This document shows positions 36,421-49,920 of a stretch of 64,000 nucleotides of DNA, piece by piece. This stretch comes from Amphiscolops sp. MND2022 (lineage: Eukaryota). The notes under the pieces are model-generated. The model was not told the origin of the DNA. It searched no databases and saw nothing but the letters and a program-made list of their open reading frames with translations. The translations under genes and the position numbers were made by a program. Position 1 is the stretch's first letter, and each line of letters opens with the position of its first letter. Where the stretch lies: positions 58,218,001-58,282,000 of the forward strand of contig OZ076411.1 in the NCBI GenBank assembly GCA_964187785.1. The letters run 5' to 3'.

Positions 36421-39110
36421 CTAGACATATATTTATTTGAACCACTTGAAGTTTTACGCATGTTTTAAACAGGCTAATTTTTCCTGATTCAGGATTCTAT
36501 ATTAAGCATGTTTTAAACAAGTATAAACGGAATGAAGAGAAATCAAAGAAAACGTTCAGAGCAAAACAGTAAAATGCTGAGCAGAGTGAACTCTGCTGCA
36601 TGTCGTAAAAACTTCTGAAGGAGACAAAAGCAAACCGGACCATGGGTTATCTTTCGAAAGCAGTTGGACAACTCGCTTTGATCTTTGAAGAGTAATTACT
36701 TTCGTCAGCGGTTCTGTAAAACCAGGGCATTGAAAAACTTTTGTGAAGGTAACTGTAGTGGGGAAAACGGCCGGGTTTGCAACGGGGTCAGAACCCCCCC
36801 CCTGCGGCCGGGTTTATAATTACTATGAAATTATAAAGCTCATGTAGGAAAAGCATATAGATTCTTACTATTTGCTTGAACGTTTGTAAGAACTAACCTT
36901 GACATTTTGGTGCAAGTGAAAGGCAAAGCAGCGGTGGATTAACTAACATTTTCAAGTTTTGACAAGCTCTACAAAACTTTCCAAACTTGGTAACAACTAG
37001 TGATATGTATTATTTTTTATTTGCAACAGTGGTTAGCTCAGAGGAATGTTAATATGACCACATATGTTTCCAGGTGTTCTTGGGTAATTGGAGAGCTCTA
37101 CTTGACTGAAATGCTGGTTGTGAAATTTTCTTCAATTCCTGAATCTAATTTTGCAAAGGTCTAAATTTCATGTGTCACCAAAACGGTGTTATCTCTTTGC
37201 TTCACCTTATTTGACATTCGTATTTCTTATTCCTAAACATTTCTGAAAGGAAGCATTTGGAAAAATTTCCTAGTTTACGGTTAAATACGATTTTACTTTA
37301 CAATATTGCGGTTACAAATTGATTATTTCCTCATTTTTGAAGGGAAGAAGAATTCAATAAAAATGGTATTAAATCTTGCTGTCAAACTCCGTAGCTCAAG
37401 TTAATGAATCATTCTTCAAATGTCTGTTGAAAGAAGGAAATTTTTAGAAGGAACTGTGACTACTTTTGAAGTTATATCAATCAATAAAGAAAGGTTAGAT
37501 CGTTTTTTCAAACCAGAAACAATTATAGAAAGACAAATAATTGTATTATCTTCAGAATGTATCAAATCATTGGTTTTTGTTAAGCAACTCTTTAGCATAC
37601 TTTATCAACCCATGTTCCCTCTGCATTTTGTTGTTAGATCAAAGCATAGATCCAATAATGCTGTTTGATATCCAGCAACGGCGTTTCTGTCAACATAATA
37701 CTGTAAGGGAGAGTCTGCTGACAATTGAATCGTGGTTTGACAAATTTCATTTGCCCTTGATAGTTGTTAGACTGAGTGAAAATTCGTTTCAATTGTTCTG
37801 TCAAAACGACTGTCCAAAAGACACATTGCTTTCTTAGCCTTTTCTTGAAAATATTTTGTGTAGAAATCGGCGGGGACCTACACAAGAAAATTATGTAAAA
37901 CCTGAAACTGATTGTAACCAGTTTATTGTTCTCACGAATGGAACAAGGAAAATTACCAATATTTTATTCAGGTTCTTGGTCAACGCGTGTTGGTTCGATC
38001 CTGTTTTCACTGCTCCAAGAGTTGTTGGTTTTACATTTATAGTTTCAATTGCTTGCACAACATTCAGTTAATCATTTTTCATTTTGAAAAAGAGCAAACG
38101 CTTAGGTGTTGTCATTGAATTCGTCCATTTTGTAGTTTTTTGGATTAAATTTTCAAGCGGAAGTGAATTGAATGAGGAGAGAAAAGAGCCGAGTCGATTG
38201 TATTCTACAAGAGTATGTTTGAATCTCTTCTCAAAAGTCTCCTTGAATGAAAATCAATATTTTGCTCACGTCCCGGAAGAGCTTATCCTTCCTGGTAACA
38301 CTTCAAACTCTGGATTTGGTGAATTATTCGTGTCTTGCCTTTTCGGCTAGCCTTCCTTCTATGCCAATAACCTGAATAATCTGAGAAATTTCCACCACCG
38401 ATTCTATTGGACTCAGTCATTTCGAGTTTCGTTCAACCAATCCCGTTTTAGAGAAGGGCATTGCTGTTCATCGAAAGAGTGAATATTTTACGGACTCTCT
38501 TTTTAACAAATGATTTTTCCAAAATTGTCTCGCGCATCTGCACGTGAATTTTGAACTCGATCGGACCGGCCAGTTTCGAGAAATATTTTTTTGTTTAAAT
38601 TTAACTTTTTCGAAAAATGTAAATTGGGTCAATTATCTCAACATTTCAAGGTGTTCAGCCAAAAATTCCCCACTGATTCCATTTTTTCCAGACCATTTGA
38701 TTAGGTGTGATGTGTACCATTGCGCAATCGTGTTTGCACAAAATGCGTTTGATGTTGATTGGTAGCATTGGAAGATCAGAATGATGAATTTCCTCAACGT
38801 CCCAATCCTCATGTGAATCACCCCATTCGAAGACACAGTCTAGCTTCCGTTCTGCAGAATGATACTTGCTGGTACCCATTTTTTGGCGGTTTTGATGAAT
38901 AAATTGTTGGGTAGCGAAATTTCTTTTTTTTTGGTTTCCCACTTCAACGCCTCATTTGTCTCGTTTCTCATCTTGGTCTTCCTCCCTCTGCTAATCAATG
39001 GTGACTATAGGTTTTTGCACATGACGAAGTCAATGTGCATTGCAGTCCAGCTAAGAAAGTTTTTTTTTCCACAGTAGCCAACTTCATAATAAGCGCCTTT
39101 TAGAGAAAAG

Positions 39111-39186
39111 CCAAAACCCCAGAGAGATTCGAACCTGCAGCCTCCCGATTGCGCGGCATAAGTGTTAACCACTGTGCCATAAGGAC
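39111..39186 (-). pseudogene. tRNA-derived sequence (tRNA pseudogene or SINE head)
   Basis: Box A TGGCACAGTGG and box B GGTTCGAATC at tRNA spacing. Stems are imperfect. Confidence 0.55.
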
Positions 39187-40274
39187 GTTATTGAATAAAG
39201 TTGAACTGTTGAATATATACGCATGCGATTAAAATAATATATATACGCATATTAAAATAATCGTTGTCTTCGTCATGTGTTGCGAAGCACCGCTTCGCCT
39301 CTGTGTTGAAATTATGTTTCCGTAAACAATAAAAATCCGAGACGTGGGAAGTGTCAAGACTGTAGCCATTGTTGCGAAGGTTGCTCATTTTCAATGAATA
39401 TTTCCAACAAATTGAATCAAGTCTACCTCTGTTTCCAGTCGTTTATACTAGAATTGCTAGTTCACAGGTGGGAACCGTATTTGATCACCCCTTGTAAATC
39501 AGGTACTCGTTTATTAGCTAATATAAATTGTGTTTTTCATTGAAGCTTCACTACTGGGAACAAATGCCGACAACTCTGGTACTCATATGTCTTTTAAAGA
39601 ATTGCTTGTTTTTCATCAGTGTGGACATTTACTGCAAAGAACGTGCCGCAAACAGAGTGTGTTGACAAATCGAGGTAGACTGATCAAAGGATACCTCTCA
39701 AGAAGCACAAAATTTTAACCAGACAGTTGCAAGTGTCTTTTCGTGTAAGTGTAGTAGGATTTCGTTCCTCGCGTTCAGAATGTCTTTCTCTAGTGACTTC
39801 ACTGATGAAAGACGAAAACTTTCAAGTGTGTTTTTCATCACAACATTGCAAGTAGACTTGTTCGAGCTACAATAAAAACCTATGACAGAACAGGAACCAA
39901 TTTTTTCCAACGTTTTTCAACAAAAAGGCTGACAACTAATTTTATCTTGCCCAGAAAGTTAACTTGACAAAACAGTTTGAAAGTTGCTTCTGACGGAAAA
40001 TTCAATTTTTAACCACCAAGTAACTCCACAGAAGGTGCCAGCCGAGTTGAGGTGAAGAACTTAGCAATCTCTTTGGATTCGGGAAAAGAGTACAACCACG
40101 AACCGAAGAACTGTGACCCCCTAAATTATGGCGGAGGCCATGTTTGAGTGGTCTCCTGATTATTTCAATTAATTCCGAAGATATTTTCGATTTTAAATAT
40201 TCAAAAAACCCGAAACTGGAGTTGATTTTCCTGTAGAGATTGCTCTTTCGTTTGGTTTACACTCAACCAAATTG

Positions 40275-40440
40275 AAGGCGATGTAAACTTGTACAGTGAT
40301 TACATGTAATTGTGCGCTAAATAATGAATAAACAAGTGTATTGGTATTCCAGATATGATTCTTTTATTAATGATTTTTTTGTTTAAAAAAATAAAGATTA
40401 AAGCAGAAATAGTACTGAGCCCCGGAGGGGCCTATTTTTT
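40275..40440 (+). repeat. ~165-bp dispersed repeat (second copy ~62547-62710)
   Basis: TGTAAACTTGTACAGTGATTACATG...GTACTGAGCCC(C)GGAGGGGCCTATTTTT present at both sites. Confidence 0.85.
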
Positions 40441-41614
40441 TAGTCGGCGCCTTTTCCCTTAAGGAAAAAAGCCCGACTCTTACAGTGAGTAGTTTTTTAG
40501 TCGGCGCCTTTTCCCTTAAGGAAAAAAGCCCGACTCTTACAGTGAGTAGTTTTTTTTTCAGTTGACAATCTCACTCTGAGTGGTCCACTTTTCTTACAAT
40601 TTTTGTTCATCTTTCATATTTGTTCATCTTCCATCTTCGACCCAGCCGGAGAGCGTGGGTTCGATTCTCGCACTAAACCATAAATTTTTTAATGCTTCCA
40701 AAAGTACATGTGAGACCAAAGGGTCCCCCTTTGGGTTTTTTTCGGCACTATGCGACTTTTTTCGAAAATTTTCGAAATTTATCAAAGGGTACCCCTTTGA
40801 ATTTTTTTGAAGTTTTCGGTTTGTAGAAAACGTTGAATGAGCCTGAATGGCCTCTTTTTGAGTTTTTCGGCATTGTGCGACCTAAAAAATACTTTTTTTT
40901 CGAAAAAAAAATCAAAAAATTTTTTTTTGAAAAAAATTTTTTTTTCCAAATTTTTCCAATAGTTGTTCCTTGAATATTTTTGAGCCTAAGATATGGCGCC
41001 GACTTGGGACGTTCCCGTCTTGTTTTAATCGGCGCTTTCCCTTAAGGAAAAAAGCCCGCCTATTACAGTGGGTAGTTTTTTTTCAGTTCACTCTGAATGG
41101 TCCACTTTTTTGTTCATTTGTTCAATTTTTTAGCCGAGATATTTTAGTTCGGAAATAACGTTTTCAAAGTTAAAATTCGGATGTAACGTTTTCGAAGTTC
41201 GGATATAACGTTTTCAAAGTTCGGATATAACATTTTTATTATTTCTGCGATAGCAGGAATATTTTTGAAATCCCAAGAATTCAACTTAGTTTTTAGTCGG
41301 CGCCTTTTCCTTTGAAGGAAAAAAAAGTCCGACCATTACAGTGACTAGTTTTTTTCGTCAGACAACAGAATGTATGCGTAGTGGACACTTTTTCTACAGA
41401 ACTACTAAACTACTGTACCGGCCAAATCTGGCCAGCAGAATCGCATCTACGTTAGTGCAAAGGGTAGCCTTTTTCGTGTACTCAATTTCGAATGTAACGG
41501 TTTCAAAGTTCGGATATAACGTTTTCATTTCTCGTATAGCATCATCGATTTTTTCCGAATTTAAAAATTTGTTGAGCTTTAGATATGGCGCCGACTCGGC
41601 CGTTCCCGGCTTGT
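40436..41614 (+). mobile_element. Tandem cluster of HINE-like family 1 copies
   Basis: Repeated AGTCGGCGC heads (40440, 40500, 41030, 41295) and tails ending at 41024 and 41614. Confidence 0.7.
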
Positions 41615-41689
41615 TTTGAAGTTCAATTGACAGGGATTGATATACCCAATAAAATTCACTTTTCGATATCGAAAGTTTTTGTTACAGAA

Positions 41690-42300
41690 ATACTCCAGTA
41701 ATTTGAAGGTGCCGATTTTATGTGCAGTGTTTTCTATCTCACATTTTTTGATCTACCTAACAGACTCATTGTGTCTAAGCTCACTGCTCTTGAAATTCAA
41801 GAAGACCTTAACTGCCTGATGCTACGGCCTTACGGAAATCAGCTACAATTTCTTTCATTAAAGTCCAATTTTTTTCTTCCAGCAGAAGCCATTCGAGTCG
41901 TCCATGTATAATACTTGTCTAAAATCCGCCGACTCAACAAGAAATCTTGGTGTAATCGTCGATAGACGACTCAAATGAGCGAACATGTTTTTCAAAAAAT
42001 TACTAAGTGCACCAGAACTTTTTTCTTCTCATCGAAATATTCCATACTGCAACAATGAATGGACGAAAGACTCATTGAAACCCTCATTCTCTCGAACTCA
42101 CTTTATTGCTCGCTCTGTGGTATGCTAACATTACTTGTCTCAGAGACTCGGAGCAATTTCAGTTCAAAATCTTGCACTTTCAGTACAAAATCTGCTAGGG
42201 TCAAATCGTATTCACCAAACATTTATATACTGGAGGAATTAGATCTCCTACCTATATCCTACTTGTTAGTAAAAAATGACATCATTTTGTTGTGGGAAGT
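41690..42300 (+). mobile_element. Highly decayed CR1/L2-type RT fragment
   Basis: Remnants DLCAVF (cf. DLSAAFD), ADAT (cf. YADDT), STRNLGVIVD and ILSNSLYC in shifting frames. Confidence 0.55.
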
Positions 42301-42725
42301 GGTAATTCAAACAAGACGCCCGCTAAGCACCGGGATATTTTCCGCTAAAAATGTAACGCATCAGCCCGGGATCGAACCCACGGCCTCGTATCTCCCTGGT
42401 GACTAGATTTTACTGTGTAACTAGACTTTTTCATGTAAAATCTGTATAAAAATTGAGGACCGCGCGTATTGAAACCGTGATATGGTGTAAAGATATAAAT
42501 TTTTGCCCTTAATACATGGAGGGCGTGTAAGTGAAAGGAGTTAGGGTGTCTGTACGCTGCAAGCTGCAGAGCCTCCTTACAGTGTAAAATAACGGTCCTA
42601 TAAAATAAAATTGGAAAACATCGGTAAGTGGAGGGTAATTTAAAAATTAGGACAGTGTATCTCAAATTTTATTGATCGTCGGAAATTATATGGTGTCATG
42701 GTAAGCACCCGAGGGATTGTCAGAT

Positions 42726-45700
42726 TTATGACAGTCCTCCCTCGTAAACTATAGCACTGATTGATGACTCTACGATTGCTTGTTGACGGCTTGTCGCTCT
42801 GCAGCCTCTGAGACAAAGGACGGAACTACGTAGAAGGGCAAAACTTATCTTTGTTCTAATGTAGCTAATCGCGTCGGCGTAGCTTTCTGATACTTTTTCG
42901 TTGATTTTTGCAGCTAGTCGGGTAAAAACTTTTGTGGCTGATGGTCCAGCGCCACCTGTACATGCAAAGATTAGGGGGTTAAAGGTGCTTTTTCCACATT
43001 TATGACTCTGGACTCGTATTTGAGTTTCTTTTGAGATTCATGGAATTTATAGGCTTCGTTGACATTTTGAGGACTTGTTCTAGCGAGCGGGTTGGAAATC
43101 TTGACGTCGAAAAAAGTTCTACAGGAACGAGAGTCCTAAAGTCCGTTTGCTTTATTGTCTAATCTCGCCTCATCTTCAGTTGTCGTTGTTTTAAGAACGA
43201 CGGACTCACCTTCCAAAGGCTGGAGTTTTCGCTCAATTTCAACATCATAGCAGACTTCTTTCATAACAGAAGCGAAAGGGTCGCGAATTTCATTCTGTCG
43301 CATCTGGCTGTACCATCTTTTGTTGCATTGGAGGGAATGCGAGAGACTGAAAAGTTCTCAGCAGGGACACAACGCCGGTTTTTTCAGTGGTTCCCACCCA
43401 TAGCGCAGGGCCAAACCGGCGCGGAATTCCTTTTTCGTTAGTTCAAACTGATATCGTTTGAGTGGCAGCGTGTTAAGCCAGCTTGATGCACCTTTTTCAA
43501 TTGTCAGATCTAGTGCATATCGTTGATTTTCATCGTGTTTTTCTTTCGAAACTGATATCTTTAATGTTTGTGGACTTTTCTTTCCTAATCTGTTTCCGAT
43601 TAAAGACTGTTGAGCTTCCGGGTCATTGTCTAAACAAGCTGCCATATGTCTTGACCAGTTCAATTCTTCAGGATCTACTATGTTATGTCCACCATCCCTT
43701 ACAGGCAGGGAAAGAGACCGTTTCTCGTCCGTGATGTCACTTTTGCCAGCTTTGGCTGGGATCAGGTTTTGCTTGATTTTTTTTCCGTTTCTTCGAGGTT
43801 TTTTATGAAATTGGTAGTCATCCGTGAGAAAAGTGACTTTGTTTTGGAGACCTTTGGTAAAGCAGTGAAATACATTGTGGGGAGAAACTTTTGCGTGTTT
43901 TGACAACTTCTCTGCGATCTGGTTGTATTCACTTCGTTTATAGCTCTCTGAACTTGTCACAAGCAGCTTCTGATCCTATTACCGACCCGAGGACCCGATG
44001 TCCATCAACAATTTCAACATCTTTTTTGTTAAATAGACTTTGAGCTTGTTTCATGTTTTCGGTTTTTGCAATGATGTTGCATTCCGTCAGTGTGTAGCCG
44101 AAAGCCAGTCCATGCTTTTTCAATTGTTCGTGGACCGCTTTTAGGTCTTTGAGACTGCCTGTTACTGCTGTCGTCTGCGTACCACTTCTGAGTGATGTTT
44201 TCTTTTTTTGAATCAGATGAATCAACGGTAAGATAGCAATTCCGTACATCGCCATGGCAAGAGGATCTCCTTGAGTCGTTCCCTCTTGTGATTGCAAGGT
44301 TTTGCCGTTGACGAAAAGACTTGTCGGTATTTTGTACGAATTCCTGATAGCTGTTATAATTGAAGGACATAGTTTTTCAATGTTCCGGAGCGCGAGATCC
44401 CTGTTCAGGCTTTTAAAATTTTGTTCCCTGCATCGATGAGCAACATGCCTTGAATTTCAGGGGTCTTGAACTTTTTCCTGAGGCTATGTATAACGTTCGA
44501 TTCCGCATTTCTGACCGAGCTTCAGGTCGTTCTCTACACAGCGCAGTGTGGTTCGTCTGAGAACTTTCTCAACCCCAATTGGCCGTACCCCTGGGTTCTT
44601 GTCGAGGGGTATCAGGCGGCAGGCATTGTACGGCGTCAGTGCTTCATTATCAATTTCTTTTAGGTCTTTGAGACTGCCTGTTACTGCTGTCGTCTGCGTA
44701 CCACTTCTGAGTGATGTTTTCTTTTTTTTGAATCAGATGAATCAACGGTAAGATAGCAATTCCGTACATCGCCATGGCAAGAGGATCTCCTTGAGTCGTT
44801 CCCTCTTGTGATTGCAAGGTTTTGCCGTTGACGAAAAGACTTGTCGGTATTTTGTACGAATTCCTGATAGCTGTTATAATTGAAGGACATAGTTTTTCAA
44901 TGTTCCGGAGCGCGAGATCCCTGTTCAGGCTTTTAAAATTTTGTTCCCTGCATCGATGAGCAAAATGCCTTGAATTTCAGGGGTCTCGAACTTTTTCCTG
45001 AGGCTATGTATAACGTGTTCGATTCCGCATTTCTGACCGAGCTTCAGGTCGTTCTCTGCACAGCGCAGTATGGTTCGTCTGAGAACTTTCCCAACCCCAA
45101 TTGGCCGTACCCCTGGGTTCTTGTCGAGGGGTATCAGGCGGCAGGCATTGTACGGCGTCAGTGCTTCATTATCAATTTCTTCAGTAGCGATCCTCACTGC
45201 TAAGCGGGCGACCGTATGGTAGATCGACGTCGATGACTGGCTAAAATGACATCCAGCGCCGCCATTCGTTTGCATTCACACCGGAGGGTCCGTGGCTCCC
45301 GTGTGTTTTCATTCCGGCCCTGCGAATGGTTCCGGCTAGTATTCTGTCGAAGATCACAGGATGGTAAGGCAGATTGTTTCCGGAACTTGCAATTTCGTAG
45401 GCGTCGTCGCAGCTTTTAGCTGGGGCTGTTTATCCTTCGAAAATATAAATTCACAGATATTCGCAATATATCGAAAACAGTCTTGTCAATTTTCTCTGAT
45501 AGAGATAATACTCCGCTTTTTTCACAGTCATTAACACTCCGTAGGTCATTTGAGATTTTCCAGCGGAGATGTGTGCATCGAAGTCTCGGAACATATCTCT
45601 TGTTCGTTTTTGATTTCGTTTTTTGTTTCTGCAATGCCTCTGCTTCCTTGAAAAGTTGTTCATTTTCGCCGTTTAACCACATTTTCAGTCGCCTGGTCGT

Positions 45701-46246
45701 CGTCTTGTTCCTCGACGCATCTGGCTCAGACGTAGTCCTTGCTATGACTAAATGAGGAATTAGCATTGCTGCATACAGAGCTGTGTTTTCATTGCTTTGT
45801 TCCTGTGCAATTACAGCAAGTACGCGGTCCATTGTTTCAACAAACTTATGCCCAGTTTTGTTTTTAGGTAACGCAATGAATAGAGGTTTCCAATGAACCA
45901 CTTGATAATAAAAATCTTTAATTTGATTTGCTATTTCGAGGGTGACTTTTGCCCAGAAACGAGCCACTGATAGTTCTTCGTTCAGTTCATCAGTCAGGGG
46001 TTGTCTCTGGTGTGTGGCGGTGCTCGGGTGACTGGTTAATCTGCTCAGTGGTTCTATGGCTGGAGAGTGGGCGGCTTCGCTTGGATGTGGTCCTCGGCAG
46101 CGTACACAGGTGAAATCTTTGGACTAGTCTTTTGCAGCAGACAGACCGCTGCATTTCGTGTGCACGTAACTACATATCGCACACTATTCGCCGCGACTAT
46201 GTATATGGGTCTGGCAAATGCTGCAGTGCGTTTGATTGCTTAACAT
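42726..46246 (-). pseudogene. CRE-like non-LTR retrotransposon ORF2 (PHD finger - RT - Zn finger/RLE), degenerate
   Basis: QEGTTQGDPLAMAMY and KWYADD (RT); SSWLNTLPL...EFRAGLALRYG...CPC; QNEIRD...ARLD...FFDVK (restriction-like endonuclease). An N-terminal C4HC3 pattern from ATG 46246 is in frame with 45967. Many stops and frameshifts. Confidence 0.85.
44141..45180. repeat. ~519-bp tandem duplication within the CRE-like RT
   Basis: TTAGGTCTTTGAGACTGCC starts at 44141 and again at 44660. Confidence 0.9.
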
Positions 46247-46305
46247 TATGGAGGGAGAGCTGTCGTGTCAATTTGATTACATGTAAAGTGATTAAAATGA
46301 AACTT

Positions 46306-46803
46306 CTAAATCTGAGAGGAAACTAAATTTCCAAATCGGGAAAAATAGATGCCGTCTCGGGAAAAGATCTTGTGATCAAAATCACGATTGAAATGAGATG
46401 ATTTTATAGGCAGGCTGAAGGAGCGTAGCAGATTGTAGAAAGCAATATTCAGCTGGTCGATTTTTCTATTGACTGACTGGTTGTTCGAGGTTGAAATAGT
46501 TCTGGGGATAATGAGGTGACGGGACTGAAATTTCAGGTATGCAAGCCGAATCATGATTCTCCAATTTTTTGTAAATGTACTTGCTGTATCACGGTGATCA
46601 TCAAAACCAGCGACAATAATGAGGGTTTTGATTTTGCGCTGCGGGTTTTGTTGGATTAGGTTACAGAGCTCGGGCAGGGAGGCACCGCGGTAAGAGTGAA
46701 CTGCTGCACCGATGTCTTTTGACCTTATAAATTTCGTTCTGGATGTGCCAATCACAAGATTTCTTGTTCGTTGGCTCAGCTGTCTGGGCTCAAAGCGTGG
46801 CAT
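46306..46803 (-). CDS. SGNH/GDSL-hydrolase (esterase)-like ORF, probable ORF1 of the adjacent retroelement
   Basis: LVIGTS (block I), HSYRGA (block II), LIIVAGFDD (block III), FSRDGIYFSRFG (block V, H replaced by Y). Confidence 0.7.
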   Translation of the reverse strand: MPRFEPRQLSQRTRNLVIGTSRTKFIRSKDIGAAVHSYRGASLPELCNLIQQNPQRKIKTLIIVAGFDDHRDTASTFTKNWRIMIRLAYLKFQSRHLIIPRTISTSNNQSVNRKIDQLNIAFYNLLRSFSLPIKSSHFNRDFDHKIFSRDGIYFSRFGNLVSSQI

Positions 46804-47664
46804 CCTGAAACATAAAGACGAAGCAGTATCGATGGATCATTTGAGTCTTGAAGGCAATAAAATTTTCGAAAAATTACAAGCTAAAAGCTCGATAAAGAGC
46901 ACTAAAAAACAAAAAGAAGCCCTAAGAGCTCAAAAAGAGCACTAAAAGCCTCGAAAAAGAGCACTAAAAGCTCAAAAAAGGGCACTAAATGCTCAAAAAG
47001 AGCACAAAACAAAAAGTAACGAAACAACTTGATATGGAAGAATTTCGTCTGGTTGTAGGTGGCTCCTTCCTGTGCCTCGCCGCACCACTGAATATTGTAA
47101 AAGCTCAAGAGCTGTGAATCATACAATGCCGGCCGCTGAAATCCCTAACTAGAATTAGGGCTACCCAATCCAGAATTGTCCGGGCTTACATAACACAAAG
47201 GTTTATCAAAACAATTAGGCTTGTTTATCACAACAATTTTCAATGTAAAATTAAGTTTCAGCGTTTTAATAGTAACTCCTTTCCATTTTTGGGGGAAAAT
47301 GCGGAAATATTGGTCTACCTTGTGTGCATCATTTACAGTTGATGTTTCACGGGTAATAATTCTGATCTTAGTGATAGCATGTATTTGCGATGAATTATAC
47401 CATGAGTCTACACGTGCTACAGACGAATAAAGAACGGAAACAGCCCTCAAGAGATTAAGGCAAGTTGAAATGGAAGGTTGGTGCATCGCTCCATTTTAAT
47501 AGTTACACAAAAATTTTCTGTGAACTAAACCTCAGATCGAAAATTGACTTCCATGCTCACATCTGAATCATGCATTCCAAGAGATTTATACGTGCTGCAA
47601 TAGTTTTCAAATCACTCAATGCAACTGAATGTAAGTTTTCTCAACATATACCCGCAATTAGTTT

Positions 47665-49003
47665 TTTTAGTCGGTGCTTTTATTAATACAAGAGCCCGAC
47701 TATTACTGTCACTCGTTTTTAGTCGGCGCTTTTATTAATAAAAGAGCCCGACTATTACAGTCACTCGTTTTTTCTTTTTTTTGAAGACTGACTCGAAGCG
47801 ACGAACGTTAACGTTCAACTAATGAAACTAAACGAATACCCGGTAAACGTAAACAAGTTATTCCAAAGGGGGTCCCCCTTTGGTTTTTTACTTTTTAAAC
47901 GTGACCTACAAAACCGGACGGGACTCAAGGGTCTCCTCTTTCGATTTCTTTTGTTACTGTGCGACTTTTTTTCGATTTTTTTTTCTCCAAAGAGTTCCCC
48001 CTTTGGTTTTTAGTCGGCGCTTTTCTAGGGAAAAGTGCCCGACTCTTACAGTGGCTAGTTTTTTTGGTCAGACTACAATCTCACTCTGATTGGGCCACTT
48101 TTCTTACAATCGAAACTACTAAAACTACTAGCATATGGCCAAGTCCGGTCAGCGGAAATTAGTGCAAAATGGTCCCCCCTTTCATTTTTTACTTTTTAAA
48201 CGTAACCTACAAAACCGGACGAGACTAAAAGGTTCGATTTTTTTCGGCATTGTGCGACATTTTTCGAAAACTTTTCAATGTCTTAAAAGAGTCCCCCTTT
48301 CGAGTTTTTTGATATTTTGCAACAGAATATATGTTAATAAAGCCCAAAGGGTCCCCCTTTTACATTTTTCGGCACTATGCGACATTTTCTGAAAAAAAAA
48401 TCAAAAATTTCAAGTTTTCTTTAAAAAAGTCTTTTGCGCTTTTTGAGCCTTAGATATAGCGCCGACTTTAGACGTTCCCGTCTTGTTTACTTTTTAAACG
48501 TAGCCTACAAAACCGGATGAGTGTAAAGGGTCCCCCCTTTTTACTTTTTCAAGGAAACCTACAAAACCGGACTAGCCTAAAGGGTCCCCCTTTTACATTT
48601 TTCGGCACTGTGACATTTTCCGAGAGAAAAAATTTCGAAAAAAGTTTTTTTCCAAAAAAATGTTTTGCGCTTTCTGAGCCTTAGATATAGCGCCGACTTT
48701 AGACGTTCCCGTCTTGTTTTTGATTTTGTTCCTTTTTTAAAACAGACTCGAACCGACAAACGTTAACGTTCAACTAATGGAAACTAGATACCAGGGAAAC
48801 GCAACGAAGTTATTCCAAAGGGTCCCCCTTTGGTTTTTTACTTTTTAAACGTAGCCTACAAAACCGGATGAGTGTAAAGGGTCCCCTTTCGTTTTTTTCG
48901 GCACTGTGCGACTTTTTATCTATTTTCTTGTCTCCAAAGGGTCCCCCTTGGATTTTATTTGAGGCTTAGATATAACGCCGACTTGAGACGTTCCCGTATT
49001 GTT
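47665..49003 (+). mobile_element. Tandem cluster of HINE-like family 1 copies
   Basis: Three GCGCCGACTT..GACGTTCCCGT tails (~48485, ~48718, ~49003) and several heads. Confidence 0.7.
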
Positions 49004-49125
49004 AATGTTTGGGGTGGTTGGGCTGAAGGTGACTGGGTTGTGCCACTGATTAGAATGTTTTTGTCATTCGATCATTTTGATGTGAAGTGATGCACCTTGG
49101 ATATCATTGGATGCCTGCATTTTAG

Positions 49126-49413
49126 CTTTCGCAACATAGTTGGACTCGAATATTACGTCTACTCGACTTTGGAAAAAATTCTTTCGACCCGAGAGAAGTG
49201 TTGCAACGCTGTTGAACAATTGGACGTGGTCATGAGTGATGAAATTGTATCGGCCTGCTACGAATGCCATCTCAAACCGGAGACTGTCACCAATCCATCG
49301 AATGTGACGGCGAAGAAACCCCAAGTGAAGAGACTCCGATGTACTCACTGTAAAGTGCATGACTCGCTGATCGAATACGAAAATCTCATATTTGGATCTG
49401 CGCTTCAATCAAA
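49126..49413 (+). CDS. SHPRH: SHPRH-like exon
   Basis: ttttag acceptor, aa|gtatgt donor (phase 2/2). FRNIVGLEY...CYECHLKP...CTHCKVHDSLIEYENLIF matches SHPRH FRDCRGLQF...CHLRP...CVFCKADELFTEYESKLF. Confidence 0.85.
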
Positions 49414-49821
49414 GTATGTATGAGACAAAACCTTGTACGTGATTGCTCGAGTCAACATCAATTTGCATCCTTCATAAAGGTCTTGCACTTCCTTGTAAAA
49501 CTGCATCAATTGAAAGATCTGTCAATGAAACGCGTCTTCTCGAAAACAAAGCATTCATTCTAATATTTTGCTATATGTTCGCATCTTGCAGTTAATTTTG
49601 AATCTTTGAACTTTCTACTCATTGGTCGCCCATTCGTTGAAGTATTTCCTGATCAGCCGCGTGAAAACCTCCCTGCTGAATCAACTGACTAAATGTTAAA
49701 TTCTTTTCCATAATAATCTCAATAGAAGTTTAAAAGGCTTGTAAAAAACCTAATTGGGAGGATCTGGCAAACAGTTTTTTTGTTGGCTGTGTTATCTGTC
49801 TTTCCATATCAGAAATAATCA

Positions 49822-49920
49822 GAAAATATTAGAAATTGGCATATAAAATATTAGAAATTGGCATTTGAAATATTAGAAATTGGCATATAAAATGTTAGAA
49901 ATTGGCATATAAAATATTGA
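49822..49920. repeat. ~22-bp minisatellite (AAATATTAGAAATTGGCATAT-like, ~4 copies)
   Basis: Directly visible tandem units. Confidence 0.85.

Noticed and set aside
36770-36825. CCCCCCCCTGCGG...TATAATTACT resembling the element's right terminus
   Set aside because: Only a short match, with no ACTACT end, no partner terminus and no TSD.
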